Shown piece after piece: positions 1 to 16,705 of a DNA stretch of 64,000 bases. The stretch covers positions 62,001 through 126,000 of the forward strand of contig JBODTK010000146.1 of assembly GCA_050613775.1 (NCBI GenBank), read 5' to 3'. The notes under the pieces are model-generated. The model did not search any database. It had not been told where the DNA came from and saw only the letters and a list, made by a program, of their open reading frames with translations. Made by a program: the position numbers and the translations under genes. The DNA is from Neocallimastix sp. 'constans' (Eukaryota). The stretch's first letter is position 1. Each line of letters begins with the position of its first letter.

Positions 1-419
1 TACTTCTATGGCACCTGTTGAGTTTTTGACATATATATAGTTTCTATATGCAATAAAGATTTAAACTTTTTTTTTTTATTTTTATTTTTAAACCATTAAA
101 AAATTAAAATATATAAAAATTTTATATTTCAATATTGTTTTTTATTATTATTTAAATATTTTACTTTTAATAAAATAAAATAAAATAAAAAATAAAAAAA
201 TATTATTTTTATTATTATTATTATTATTAAAAAAATTAAATTATTCTTTAAATTAAGAAAGAAAGAAAAAAAAGAAAAAAATTTTTTTAGAAAAATTTTT
301 TATATTTATATTAAAAAAAAAAAAAAACATTTTTATTTTTTTTAAATAAGGAAATAAAATAGAATATTATAAGACTTTTTTTTTTTAATTATTTTACATA
401 ATAATTATATTAATACTTG

Positions 420-454
<35 letters not shown>

Positions 455-2517
455 GAATTTAATTATTATTCATTAGAAAATAACTTTTTCTTTTCTAAAA
501 AATTAAATAAATAAGTAAATAAGTAAATAAATAAATAAATAATATAATAAATAAAATAATAAATGAATGAAAAAATAAATAAATAAATAATATATAAATG
601 AATAAATATATTAATAAATAAATAAATAATCTTGGAAATTTTTTTTTTACTTTTTAGGTAATATTTAATAAAAATAAAATTAAAACTAAAAGAAATATGC
701 TTTAGTGTATATTAGATTATAATGATATCTATGGTAAGTATATAAAATAATATATGATAAGAAAAAAGGACAGAAAAAACAAAAAATGAGATTTAAAATT
801 TTTTTAGTTTTTAATTTTTCATATTTTAAATATTTATTAAATTATATATAAAAAAAAATACTATGATAGAAATAATAATAATAATATATAAAAAAAAAAA
901 GAGTTAAAATAATATTAAAAAAAAACACTTTATTATAGAGGTTAAAAATATGATTTGGAATAGAACTTTTATTCTATCTTTGTCTACGACATATTAATTA
1001 CATTCAGTAATGTTTTATAATTATAGATTATAATTGGAGATATATTAATATTTAAATATTTGATACTGTATAAAAGCAAAAAATAAAAAAATTGTAAATT
1101 TAAACAATAATAATAGATATAATTATTATTTTTTATTTCATTGAATAATTAATAATTTAAATTTATTTATATTTATTATTACTATTAAAAATACAATGTT
1201 TTTCTACTTATTATTATAAATTCAATTTTTTATAGTATTACTAAAACTACATTCTTACTCTTCGTTGTATTCTTCTTTACGTTATTACTTATTTTTATTA
1301 TTAATATTTATTATCCATTACAATCATTATTAATATTTACTATTAATTATAATTTATTATTTATTATTAAATAATTTAATAAAAATAAAAGAATTATTAA
1401 TTTAATTATTTATTATATAAAAATTCTTTTTTATTTTTATTAATGATTCACCAAATGATTAATATATAGTTATTATAGTTATTATATTTAATTATTATAT
1501 TTCAATATTTGTATCTATTGAAATAAATAATTCAGTTGAATATATTTAATTATATATTCTATTTTATATTAAATTAAAATTAAAAATTTTTAATTTAACT
1601 CTGTAAAAAAAAAAAAAATTTATTTCTATAGCCCATTAAATGAAATGTATTGAACATAATATACTTTAATATATATACTAATATATTAATTAATTAACTT
1701 TAAAAACAAAAGATTAAAAAAAAAAAGGAAAATAAAAAATTTTAAAAAGTAAATGGATTACTAATATTAAGAGATAAGAAAATAAAGTGTAGAGAGATAA
1801 TAGAATAGCTTATATAGAAATAATAATGAATATAAAGAAATTAAAGAAAATAAAATAAAAAATAAAAGAGGATTAAATTATTATTTCTCATGTTAATTTG
1901 TAAAGCTATACTACTGTGCATTGATGTGAATACTTTTCATATAATCGAATTTTTAAAGAATCAGATGTAAACTGTTTTTTGTGATTATATAAATAAAATT
2001 TATATTTTTCAAAGGGATAGTTTGAATCTTTGAAGGTGTTATAATTTTATTCATACTTCTTATAATAAACTCTAATCAAAAGAAATATATTTTATATGCA
2101 TTATATAAATATATATTGAAAGTTTTTACTTTTAAAAATATATATTAAATCATCATGACATAAACAAAACTTGCATAAAAGTAAATTAAATTTCTTTTTA
2201 TTATTTTTTTTAAAAAAAAAATTGGATGTTTCAATTAATTTTCTTTTTCTTACACTTTCGCATTTTTATTTTAGAAAATGTAAAAACTCCATAAATTAAA
2301 TGAAATTTTTATAGTAATTTAAAAATATGAATAAAAAAGAATTATTTAAATAATATAAAAAAGAAATAAAATAAAAAAAAAAAAGGAAAGAAAGTAATAA
2401 ATTAATATATAAATTGCTTTTTTTTTTTTCACTTTTAACAGTTATTAGTTTTATATGAATTGTTGTGGCTAATTAATTCATATAAAAATCTATTCAAAGA
2501 GTCTTAATTTAAGGCTT

Positions 2518-2562
<45 letters not shown>

Positions 2563-2861
2563 AAAATATAAATATAAATATATGTAAATAAATAAATAAA
2601 TAAATGTATATAAATAAATAAATGTATGTAAATAAATAAATAAGTAAATAAATAAATATAAATATATATATAATTTCAACCATATCCAAAATATTAAATT
2701 ATGCTTTTAAACTCTTTTCTCTGATCAAGTAAACCAATGATATAATATTTAATATAATTAATATAATATAATAATTAGTAATATTGATAATATATAGTTA
2801 ATTACTTTAAAAATGAACTATGATATAAAACATTTCACATAGTATTTAATTCTATTTATAT

Positions 2862-3350
2862 ATTTATTATTCATATATTATTATTAACGATTGTTATTAA
2901 TTATTCATATATTATTATTTATTATTCATAATTTATTATTTATTATTCATATATTATTATTTATTATTCATATATTATTATCTATTAATAAATTATTGTT
3001 TTTTATTATTTATTATTTGTTATTTAATATTTATTATTTATTATTTATTATTTATTATTTATTATTTATTATTTATTATTACTTATTTATTATTTATTAT
3101 TACTTATTACTTATTTATTATTTATTATTTATTATTTATTATTTATTATTTATTATTTATTATTTATTATTTATTATTTATTATTTATTATTTATTATTT
3201 ATTATTTATTATTTATTATTTATTATTTATTATTTATTATTTATTATTTATTATTTATTATTTATTATTTATTATTTATTATTTATTATTTAATTATTTA
3301 TGATTCAATTATTTAATTATTTATTATTTAATTATTTATTATTTATTATA
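2862..3350. repeat. TTATTTA-type heptamer microsatellite with a 21-bp TTATTCAT.. variant at its left end
   Basis: Dozens of tandem ttattta/tttatta units. This explains the spurious 'YYLLFII' ORF 2891..3316. Confidence 0.9.
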
Positions 3351-5036
3351 AATTTTTTTCTTTTCTTTTTTGATGTACTAGCATATATTAACATTTGAAT
3401 TTTTATTTATTTATTTCTATTAAGTTAACATTCATTTATTAAATTAATATAATATCTTTTTTCCTTTTTTGGACAAAACTTATATTAAAAATTAATTTAA
3501 AATTTCAATTCATAATATATTTAGCTATATCAAATGAATAAAAATGTAATTGAAATGAATATATTGAATGATATACACCTGAATTAAAAATAAAAATAAA
3601 AATAAAAATTAAAATAAAAATTAAAATAAAAAAAAAGAACGTGCGACTGTAACAATTTATTATATATATCTATATATCTATATAAATATATATAAATTAA
3701 AGTACCATAAAAAAATAAAATAAAATAAAATAAAATTTTTAATAATTGGATATGTATATATATAATATAGCAAATGAAGATTTTTACTTATACTTCAGTA
3801 AAGAATAAAAGAGGAAAAATAGCATTAATATCAACCATACTATGTAAGATACCATTGATCAATTTATATAATTTTTTCATTTATATATATTTTTAAAAAT
3901 ATAAAAGAAATATATATATTTTTTTTAAATATATTAAAATATTCAATAAGATATGAGGTGATTTAAAATAATTAAATAAATAAAATTTTATATTTTCTAA
4001 ATATTTCAATAATTAATTTTTAATTATTAAATTTTTTAATAAAAACTAAAAAATAAAAAATAAAAAATAAAAAATAAAATAAAATAAAATAATTTTATAG
4101 CTATTATTATATATAAATTTCTTATTTTTTATGCATTAATTATAATTTTTATTATTAATATATCAAAATTCCTATTTTTTATTAAAATATTTTTTTTAAA
4201 TATCATTAAAGTTTCAATAATTAAGTAATTAAAAGTATAAATGATAAATAAAAAATATTATAAAATAATTTTTTTTCCTATCTTTTATGTCTAAAAATTT
4301 TTTTTAATTAAATTAAATGCTACCTAAGAATAAAATTAAAAATAAAATTAAAATTAAAATTAAAAAAAAAAAAAAAAAAAAAAAGATAAAATTATAAACA
4401 TTAAAGGAGTCATGAAACCTTATTCTCTTTTATATTATTTTATATTATTCTGTGATAGTAATACTACTGATATAAAATATATATATATTATTATATAATG
4501 AATATATTCTTTACTACTATAAAATTTTTTAAAATAACATATCATTATCAGTCTATATAATTAAAATAATAATATTTTTTTTAGTCAACTAAAGTTTAAT
4601 AATTTAAAAAAAAAGCTTATATTAATCACAAGTGATTATAAGAAATGATACATAATATTTATTATATGTTTATTTATTAACTTATTTTATTGTTTTTACT
4701 TTAAGAAAGACCTATTCAAAGACCTACTCTCGAATGAATAGGTCAATACTTGTTATTTATAATTATTTTTCTATTATAATCTAACACTATTAGTAACATT
4801 TAGTATTACGCTGTATTATACTATTGAATAAAAACATTTTACAATTAATAATATAGTATAATACAAAATATAATTAATTAAACACGTAACTATGTAACTA
4901 TGATATTTAACATATTAGTTATTATTAATTATTAATTATTTTTAATTATTAATTATTAATAAATTTGTAATTTGAAATTTTTTTTTAATTTCCAAAATTT
5001 TAAAATTAATAATTTTTTTTTTTTATTAAACTTAAA

Positions 5037-5443
5037 TTTGAAAAAGAAAAATAATAAATTCTATTCATTAATAAAATGATTTTTTCAAATTTGGACAAAA
5101 ATAATAATATGAATTAAGATAATTAAGATGAAATTAAAAAATAATAGTTTAAAAAAAAAAAAAAATTCATTAAAAATTAAAAGAATTTAAAATAAATGGA
5201 ATCAAATAAAAAAAAAATTATTAAAAATTTGAAAAAGAAAATTAATAAATTCTATTCATTAATAAAATGATTTTTTCAAATTTGGACAAAAATAATAATA
5301 TGAATTAAGATAATTAAGAGGAAATTAAAAAATAATAGTTTAAAATAAAAAAAAAATTCATTAAAAATTAAAAGAATTTAAAATAAATGGAATCAAATAA
5401 AAAAAATTTTATTAAAAATTAAAAGAATTTAAATAAATGGAAT
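5037..5443. repeat. ~191-bp tandem duplication (2 copies plus a partial third)
   Basis: tttgaaaaagaaaat..aattctattcattaataaaatgattttttcaaatttggacaaaa.. starts at 5037 and again at 5228. The aaagaattt..aaatggaatc end is repeated a third time. Confidence 0.9.
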
Positions 5444-5720
5444 CTTATAATACACATTCATAAATTAAAAAAAATTTTTTTTTTTTGAAAATATTATGGT
5501 ATTATGGTAAAGTATTCATTGATCTAAGAGAATGATATATCTTTTAAATTAATTTTTATATAGATATACTAATTTATTCCTTATTAATGGAAAAGAAATG
5601 TCAATAGAAAAATTACTTTCTTTTAATAAATTATTTTTTTTTTATTATTATTTATATCAATTATTCATAATTTTTTGTTTAAAAAGATGTGATTGATTTT
5701 TATCATCTTATATATTGAAA

Positions 5721-5752
<32 letters not shown>

Positions 5753-6140
5753 TTTTTTTCATATCTATAATTAATATATTAATATTTATTTAAACAAATA
5801 AAGCGATTTGTAAAAATTTACATTTAGTGAAAAAATAGATATATATCATGGTATTCCATATTCTATTAAAGAAACCCATCAAATTTATATAATTAGTTTA
5901 TATCTTTTTTTTTTTTTGTTTTTTGTTTTTTGTTTCTAAACTACTAGTTAAAATAGTAAATCAATTAAAAATTATAATAAACTATATTTCCTTTTTCTTT
6001 TCTTTTCTTTTCTTTTCTTTTTTTATGCTACTATTAATTTTTTTAAAAAAAATAAAAAAGAAAAAATAATAATAATTGACAATATTATAAATACAAATAT
6101 TAAGGAACTAGGAACAATTTTAGTTAATTTCAAACATAAA

Positions 6141-7085
6141 TTATACTACACTTATTAATGTTATTATTGATTTCACACATAAATTATAATTAAGCTTTTA
6201 TTTATATTTATTTTTATAAAAAAAAATATTGATTTTTAATTATTCATTTGGTTTAATTATTTATTAATAATAATTTTATTTATCCTTCAAAATTTTTTTT
6301 TTTTTTTAGTTTTTTTCTTTTGTATTTAAACCAATATTGATAATAATATTTATAATATTTATAATGAAAGAGATATTATTTTGGATTTTAATATACTTTT
6401 TATATTAAATTTGTATTATATATTAATTTATAGTATTTATAATTATATCACTTTCATAATAATACATATGGTATTTTACACAATAAATATAAATAATTAG
6501 ATAAAAATATATTAAATATATCAGGAATATAAAAATAAACTATTAATAATATTTTCTTTTGTTTGTTTTTAGTTAATATTTTTTTAAAGAGTATGAAAAA
6601 AAAATTGAGGACTTTATAAATTCAAATATATACAAACAATTTTGGTTAAAGTATATATATATGTGAATGTTTATTAAGTGAATTCAAATGAAACCTTTAT
6701 TAGTTTTCCTTTTTATTAATATATATAATAATAATTAATGGCATATTATTAATCATTCCTTCTTTTTTTATTATTTTATTATTATTATTATTATTACCAA
6801 TAAAACAATAAATTATATCATAAAAGAATTATATAAAAATTCCTATATTTTTACAAACTTCATAAATAGATTATATTACACTTATTAATGTTATCATTGA
6901 TTTCACACATATTCTAATTATACTTTGAACTTATTTTATATATATATAATATGTGAAAAAAAGATTTAAATATTTTTGATATATAATTATTCAATCAGTT
7001 TATTTTAAACTATATTAATAATTTTAAACCATTCAATTTTTATATATATGTATAATACTGATAATATTTATAATAGAAAAGATAT

Positions 7086-7118
<33 letters not shown>

Positions 7119-7200
7119 TATTATTTTTTTTTTATTATTATTATTTTTTTTTTTATTATATATTAATTTATAGTTATCATATTAATAATACATAAATAAA
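6141..7200. repeat. Degenerate direct duplication, period ~730 bp
   Basis: ttatactacacttattaatgttattattgatttcacacat (6141) vs ttatattacacttattaatgttatcattgatttcacacat (6871), with weaker similarity downstream. Confidence 0.65.
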
Positions 7201-8513
7201 TATGTAATACATATAATATTTAAGTATAAATAATTAGTTTAAAAAAAAAAATAAAAAATTACTAAAATAAAAAATAAAAAATAAAATAAAATAAAACTAA
7301 ATGATTTTTTTTTTTTTATTTTATTTTTTTTTATTAAAAAAAAAAAAAAAAAATGACGTTTTTACAAATATAAAAATTAAACTAACCAAGATATTTATAT
7401 AAATTTATAATAAATTGAATTATGATATTTTTAACCCATCCATTAAATAAATTTATAATGAATAAAAATTTTTTTTATGAAAAAAAAAAAAAAAAATATA
7501 AAATATAAAATTAAATAAAATAAAAAAAAAATAAAATAAAAAAAAGGAATTATATCTGAATTAATAAATAATTAGGATCAAATATTAAAATATATATATA
7601 TATATATATATTTAAAAAAAAATAATAATAAAAATAAAAAAAAAATAAAAAATAAAAATATTTAAATTAAATAAATAAAAAATTCTATGACTTTATTATA
7701 TTAATATAATATATAAAGACTTACCATATTATAATGAAACATAAAAATAAAAATATTTTATAATACTGGATAGAAATATTATTATTATTATTATTATTAT
7801 TATTCATATTATTATAACTTAATTGGTCATCTTTTAATAATTATCTACATCTACATTATAAATCTTTAATAATAACTATTAATTTATATTAAACAAAATT
7901 AAAACCAAACAAATCAATAATTATATATATACATATATATTATTATTATTTTTATTTAAACATATCTGTAGATCGATAATTAAGTAAGTAAAAAAATTTT
8001 TTTAAGGAAAAAAAAAAAATTTAAATACAAACCATTATATTATTAAAACTAAATATAGGTAAAAGGTAATTTTTTTATTAACAAATTTCATTAATATTCT
8101 ATATTTATAATAATAATAGTAATAAATAATAAATGATAAATAATATTATTTATACAGATATTATAAATACCTTTTTAATCATAATATATATTATAAAAAA
8201 AAACTCATAAAAAATTATAAAGTTTAATTATATATCTTCATATAAAATTATAAAAATAAAAATAATAATAATAATAATAATAATAATGAACATATTTAAA
8301 AATTGGTAAAAGAAATATAGATATATATATAATTATATTTATTATTATATACATTTAAACGTTCTAAATATATATATATATATATATATTATTTTTGAAA
8401 ATATATTCATTTAAAAATAGAAATAAATAGTAATAATAATAATGATAATAATAATAATAATAATTATAATAATAAAAAAAATACTATCTATAAAAATATG
8501 ATATACGCATTAA

Positions 8514-8549
<36 letters not shown>

Positions 8550-8607
8550 TATAATAATAATAATAATAATTCCATAGATTGTTGAATTTTATCTTAGATA
8601 TATATAT

Positions 8608-8642
<35 letters not shown>

Positions 8643-8698
8643 AAATAAAATATAAGAATAAAAAAAAAAATACAAAATTTAATGAGATTAGATGAAAC

Positions 8699-8736
<38 letters not shown>

Positions 8737-9049
8737 TTTCTTTTAACTAAATAATATTGAATATAGAAAACTCGATGACTTTAATTAGATATGTATTAGA
8801 TATAAACATTCATAATATTATTAAATAAGGTATTATATTAATAAAAAAAATTGTTATTTTTAATTATGAATAGATATCAATTTAAGAATAAAAAAAATTA
8901 TCTCTATATACATTTATATAATGAATTTAGAGAATACACCAAAATCATTGTATTTTATGATTTAAGAATAAATTATATTAGCATATATAGCTATAAATCG
9001 ATTTAAAAATTTAGTGATATTTTTTTTTTTTAATTATTTATTTATTTAT

Positions 9050-9946
9050 TTGATGATAATTAATGGTTTATAATAACTATTGAATTCAAAGAGTTTAAAA
9101 AAGAAATAAGATTTTAAATATGATGGAACATTCAATAATTGATTATAAATTATTTCTAAAGTTTGAAAATATAATAATAAAAAAAAAAAAGATTCAGCAA
9201 TTGGTTCTATAATATCTTTAGAATTAAAAAGAGAATAAAATAATAATAATAATAATAATAATAAAATTAAATAAATAAAATAAAAAAAAGCTAAATAAGA
9301 TGGAACATTCATCATTCAATTATAATTCACCTACGGAGTTTAAAAAGAGAATATACAATAAAATAAACGCTGAAAAATATAGATCATTTAATAATCAATT
9401 ATAAATTATTTAGAAAGTTAGAAAAACGAATAAAAATTAAACTAAATAAAATAAATAATAATAAAATTCTAAGTTGGAGAATATAATAATCAATAATAAA
9501 TTAACTAATAATGGAGTTTAAAAAGAGAATGAAATGAAAATTTTTGAAAAATATAAAACATTTAACAAACAATCAATTATAAAATAACTACAGGATTTGA
9601 AAAAGAGAATAAAATGAAATGAAATTAAAAATAAAAATAATTTTTTTCACGATTTTAAGTTAAGATGAAAAAGATGGAACATTCATCAAATCAATTATAA
9701 AAATTACCTAATTGAAATTTGAAGAGAAAATAAAAATTATTCAAGTAAAATAAAATTTAATAAAAAAAAATAAAGTAAAATAGAATTTTGAATAAGATGA
9801 AACATTCATTAATCAGTAATAGATCATCTATAGAATATGAAAAGAAAAAAAAATATTAAATTAATGTTACATTCAACAATCTATTATAAGTTACTTTGAA
9901 AGTGAATAAAATAAGATAAAGTAAAATAATAATAATAATAATAATA

Positions 9947-9988
<42 letters not shown>

Positions 9989-10000
9989 TGGAACAATCTA
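9050..10000 (+). repeat. Degenerate tandem array (~9 units, roughly 80-120 bp) with core agatggaacattca..tcaattataaat..gagtttgaaaagagaataaaa
   Basis: The core recurs near 9121, 9298, 9380, 9470, 9555, 9672, 9795, 9865 and 9985. Confidence 0.75.
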
Positions 10001-10332
10001 TATATCTTATATATACTTGAGAATGATATAATAAAGTTTAAATAATATAAAAAAAAAACTAAACTTTAAAAAAAGATAAAAAGATTTCTTTTTTTTTAAA
10101 AAAAAAATAAAACAAGACCGTTGATTTAATTAAAAAAAAAAAAAATTAAAATAAAATAATTTTATACAAAAATAGAAATTTATATTTTATTTAAATTAAA
10201 CATAAATACTTAATACAATATTAATTTTTTTTTGATTTTTTATTATTTTTACTATTATTATTTTTACTATTATTATTTTTACTATTATTATTTTATTATT
10301 ATTATTTTATTATTATTATTTTATTATTATTA

Positions 10333-10369
<37 letters not shown>

Positions 10370-10734
10370 TTATACATATTTTAAATATATTTTAAAGTAA
10401 AAAAATATTGAAAATAAAATAAAATAGTATAATAAATATTTGTTTAATATATTTTATATATTTTTTACAAATTTATAAAATTTCTAATTTACATATTTTA
10501 TATATTTTATGGTTAATCGATTAATCGATTAAATATGAAATAATATAAAATAATATGAAATTAATAAAATTTATATAATAATTATTTATATTTATATAAT
10601 TATAAGAAAAAATTAAAAAAAAAAAATTTGTTCAATAGATTAAAAATTTAATTTATATTATATATTTTTAATATATTATAATATATATCAATAATATATA
10701 AATATTTTTTTATATATATTATGAACTACAACAG

Positions 10735-10768
<34 letters not shown>

Positions 10769-11987
10769 TTATATAATAATAGATAATAAATATTAAATAT
10801 TAAATATTATATATATTTTTTATTTTTTTTTATTCTTAAATTGTTGAACAAATATATATATATAAAAAAAATAAAAAAAACTTTTATTTTTTGTATTTTT
10901 TCTTTATACTTTTCTTTTTGAAATTTATTAGTATATGTTTATATATAGATATATATATAAATAATAATAAAAAAAAAAAAAAAAAAAAGAATTGAATCAT
11001 ATTTTATCCAAAAAAAATTTATACATAGTTTAATTCTCTTCATTATAAATTACTCATTTTTTTTTATATTTTTAAAAAAAATAAAAATTATTCATATTTT
11101 TAATTTATTATAGATTTAGTTTTGTAATTAGTTAAATCTTTTCTTTCGTATTTCATTAAATTATTTATTAATTTTTTATAAAAAAAAAATATTTTATATT
11201 TATATATTTATTTTTATTTTACAATTATAAAGGTATATATTATTTAATTATACAATTAATGTATATCTTTATTTTTTTTTTTTTTATTTTATATTTTGAA
11301 TATTCTATATAGTTGAATATTAATATTTTAACAGTAAATTTAAATAATCATTTGAATTTCAAATATAAATGTGTTAAAAAAAAAAAAAAAAAAAAATCAT
11401 CAATTTTATTTTTAAATAAATATATTCTATAATTAATTTATAATTAATTGATTATATACATATATAAAAGTTACACCTATTTAATAACATTAAAACTAAA
11501 TTAAATCAATCTATATTTATTTATTTTTTCATTTTAATAAAAATAATAATAATAATTAAAATTGAAAAATTTGATGTCAAAATTTATATTGAAAAAATTA
11601 AAAAAAAAAAAAATAAAATAAAATAAAAAGTGAAAATATATCAAAGAAAAAAAAAAAAATTAGATTGATTAAAAATAGAATTATCTTATAATTTCATAAA
11701 TAGAAAGATAAATCTACATAAAAATAATAAATTATAAAAATTTATTGATATATATCATCATCATATATATTTATAATTATTTCAATTAATTTTGTTTTAT
11801 TAAAAAATTGATTCAAAATGATGAATATAATAATTTAAAGATTCTTCATTTTTATTTTTTATTTTATTTTTTTTTTTTAAATAAAATATAATATTTAACA
11901 AATAAAATATTTATATATTAATAAATAATTAACAATTTTATTATTATAAAAAATATTAAATATTTTTTTTAACATATAAAAGATACC

Positions 11988-13782
<1,795 letters not shown>

Positions 13783-14790
13783 ATAAAAAATTTTCTAACC
13801 ACTTATATTCAAATATGAATTTTAAAGTTTATAAATATATTATATTACATATATATTATATATATATATATAATTTTTTTTTTAAAACATTTTTTTTTAA
13901 CATTTAAAATTTTTAATTTTTCACATTAAAAAAAAATTTTTTTTTATATTAGTAAAAAGGAAAAAAGGAAAAAAAAAAAAATATTGATATCCATTACCAA
14001 AAAAAAAAAAAAAATTATTTTAATAATAATATTATTATTTATTATTTTAATTTTTTTTTTTTATTTTTATTTTTATTATTTATTTTTTATTTATCTTTAT
14101 TATTTATTATTTTTATTTTATTTTTATTTTTTATTTTTAATTTTTTTTTTTTTTTTTTTTTTTTTCAATTATATTTTATTTTAATTATTAAAATAATATA
14201 TATGAATATATATATATATTTAAATAATTAAAATAAAAAAAAAAAAAAAAAGGATTTAAGAAATGAAAATTGAAATGAAAATAATAATAATAATAATAAT
14301 AAAAGTTGAAGTGCCCATATTTTAAAATAAAATAAAAACATTTATATTTAAAGACATTACAGAAATAAAATAAAACAAAATATATATATATATAATATAT
14401 AATATTTATTTATTTATTTTTTTTTTTTTTTGAAATTAATTAAAATTTATAATATAAAAGGATTTCGAATTAGAATAAAAATATTTTTATTATAATATAA
14501 AAGGATTTCGAATTTAAAAAAAATATATATATATAAATATAAATGCATTATTCATCTATATTATTAAAAAAAAAAAATAGTAAATAGGATAAGATAGATA
14601 AAGATAAAAGATAAAGGAAAAGGAAAAGGAAAAGGAAAAGGAAAAAAAAAAAAAAAAAGTGTGATTTTTTTTGTGAATTTATTTATTAAATAGGAAAAAT
14701 TTGAGATGGAGATGATTTTATATATATATATATTTAGTAAGAAAGTTTTTTTTCTCTGGAATATAAATATTTTTTTTATTAGTTTTTTAG

Positions 14791-14829
<39 letters not shown>

Positions 14830-15109
14830 TAATAATAATAACTATTATTAACTTATTTTTTTTTTTTTTATTAATTCATATAAAATTTATTTTATAAATT
14901 ATTATTTATGAATATTATAATATATAGAAAGTAAATAATATTAATGATAAATAAAAAAAAAAAATTAATTTCTTATAAATACCTTTTTATTTATAGTTCA
15001 TATTTATTATGCTTATATATATATACATATATATTTAACATTTAACCATTTCATTTATCGAATATTTAATACACATATTACTATTACTTTTTAACAATTT
15101 TTTGAAAGA

Positions 15110-15267
<158 letters not shown>

Positions 15268-16667
15268 GTTATATAATATATAAAATAAAATATATAGATA
15301 TTAATTTAAATAAAAATAAAAATAAAAAAAAAAAAAAAAAAAAAACTATATATATATATATATAAACTTTTGTTCCTGAATAAGTTTTCATCACTCCATA
15401 AACCTGTGTGATATTCTTTTTTTTTTTTTTTTTGCCACAATATAAATATATAAATAGATATAGATATATATGTATATGTATATATATAACAAACAATACA
15501 AGATATTTCTATATATTAAATTATATCAATAATTATACCTATAATAATAGTCTTACCAGTTTTTTTTTTTAAAAAAAAAAAAATACTTTGGTTTGACCTG
15601 TTAATATGATCTTTGATAAATAAATAATTGGTTGTAATATACTTTTATATGACTTATTATTATATATTATTATTCATCATTATTTTAAGATATATATTGA
15701 TAAATTTTATATATTATTATTATCATTTTGAAAATATGTATTGATACCTTTTATATATTATTATTATTATTTTTGAAAATATATAAAAAATTTTATTTAT
15801 TACTATTATTTTTTATTAATAATAATTTATAAATAATAAAAATTTATAAATTATGTCATTTATTTTTATTCATTCTTGTTAAAAACCTCAATGCTTTTCT
15901 TTATTTTACTAACTTTTATTTACTTAAAAGTAAAAGTCACCTTTTTTTTTTTTTTTTTTTTTTTTAATAATACATAATTTAATTGAAATATATTTATACC
16001 TATAAAATACATTTAATAAATCATATCTTCTTCAATACATTAAATAACATGTTTTCCTTTGAATTAGATAAAAGAAAGCTTATAGAAAATATAAAAAAAA
16101 AATTTTTTTTAAAACTAAATTATTTATGTTAAATATTACTATATCCTATTTATTTTAGTAATATACTATTTAATATTTAAAATTATAAATATAAGGTAAA
16201 GTATTAATTAAAATGTTTATTGTATTATGAACTAAAAAATTATTTTTTTTCTAAAAGTTATATAAAAGTATAATTATATGTATATTTATTCCTTTTTTAT
16301 ATAAAAAACAGAGATAACAAGTGACAAACTAATTATTTATGTATTAATTCCATAGATTTTTCCAAACCTTAAATTAATTAAAATAGGGTCAACCTCATTT
16401 AAATCTTAAATGAATAAATAAACAAATAAATAAATGAACAAATAAATAAATAAAAATATTAAAATAAAATTTACATTTACATCTACATTTTCATTTATTT
16501 CAAGTATTTACATTTACATTTCCATTGTATTAATAGTGATATTTATTTTTCAAGAAAAAAAAAATAAAAAAATAAAAAAATAAAAAAATAAAAAAGAATA
16601 AAATTAAGGTTAAAAAAAAAAAAAAAAAAAGGTATTTAATACATCCTTCCATCCATTTACATATAAT

Positions 16668-16705
<38 letters not shown>

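Noticed and set aside
1..43. Possible minus-strand exon running off the window edge (NYIYVKNSTGAIEV)
   Set aside because: Too short to support or identify.
2891..3316. ORFs made of I/Y/L/F/K runs (also 13984, 15102, 15269, 24009, 27374, 28870, 29063, 40361, 40485)
   Set aside because: Translations of microsatellites and poly-A/T tracts with no protein-like composition.
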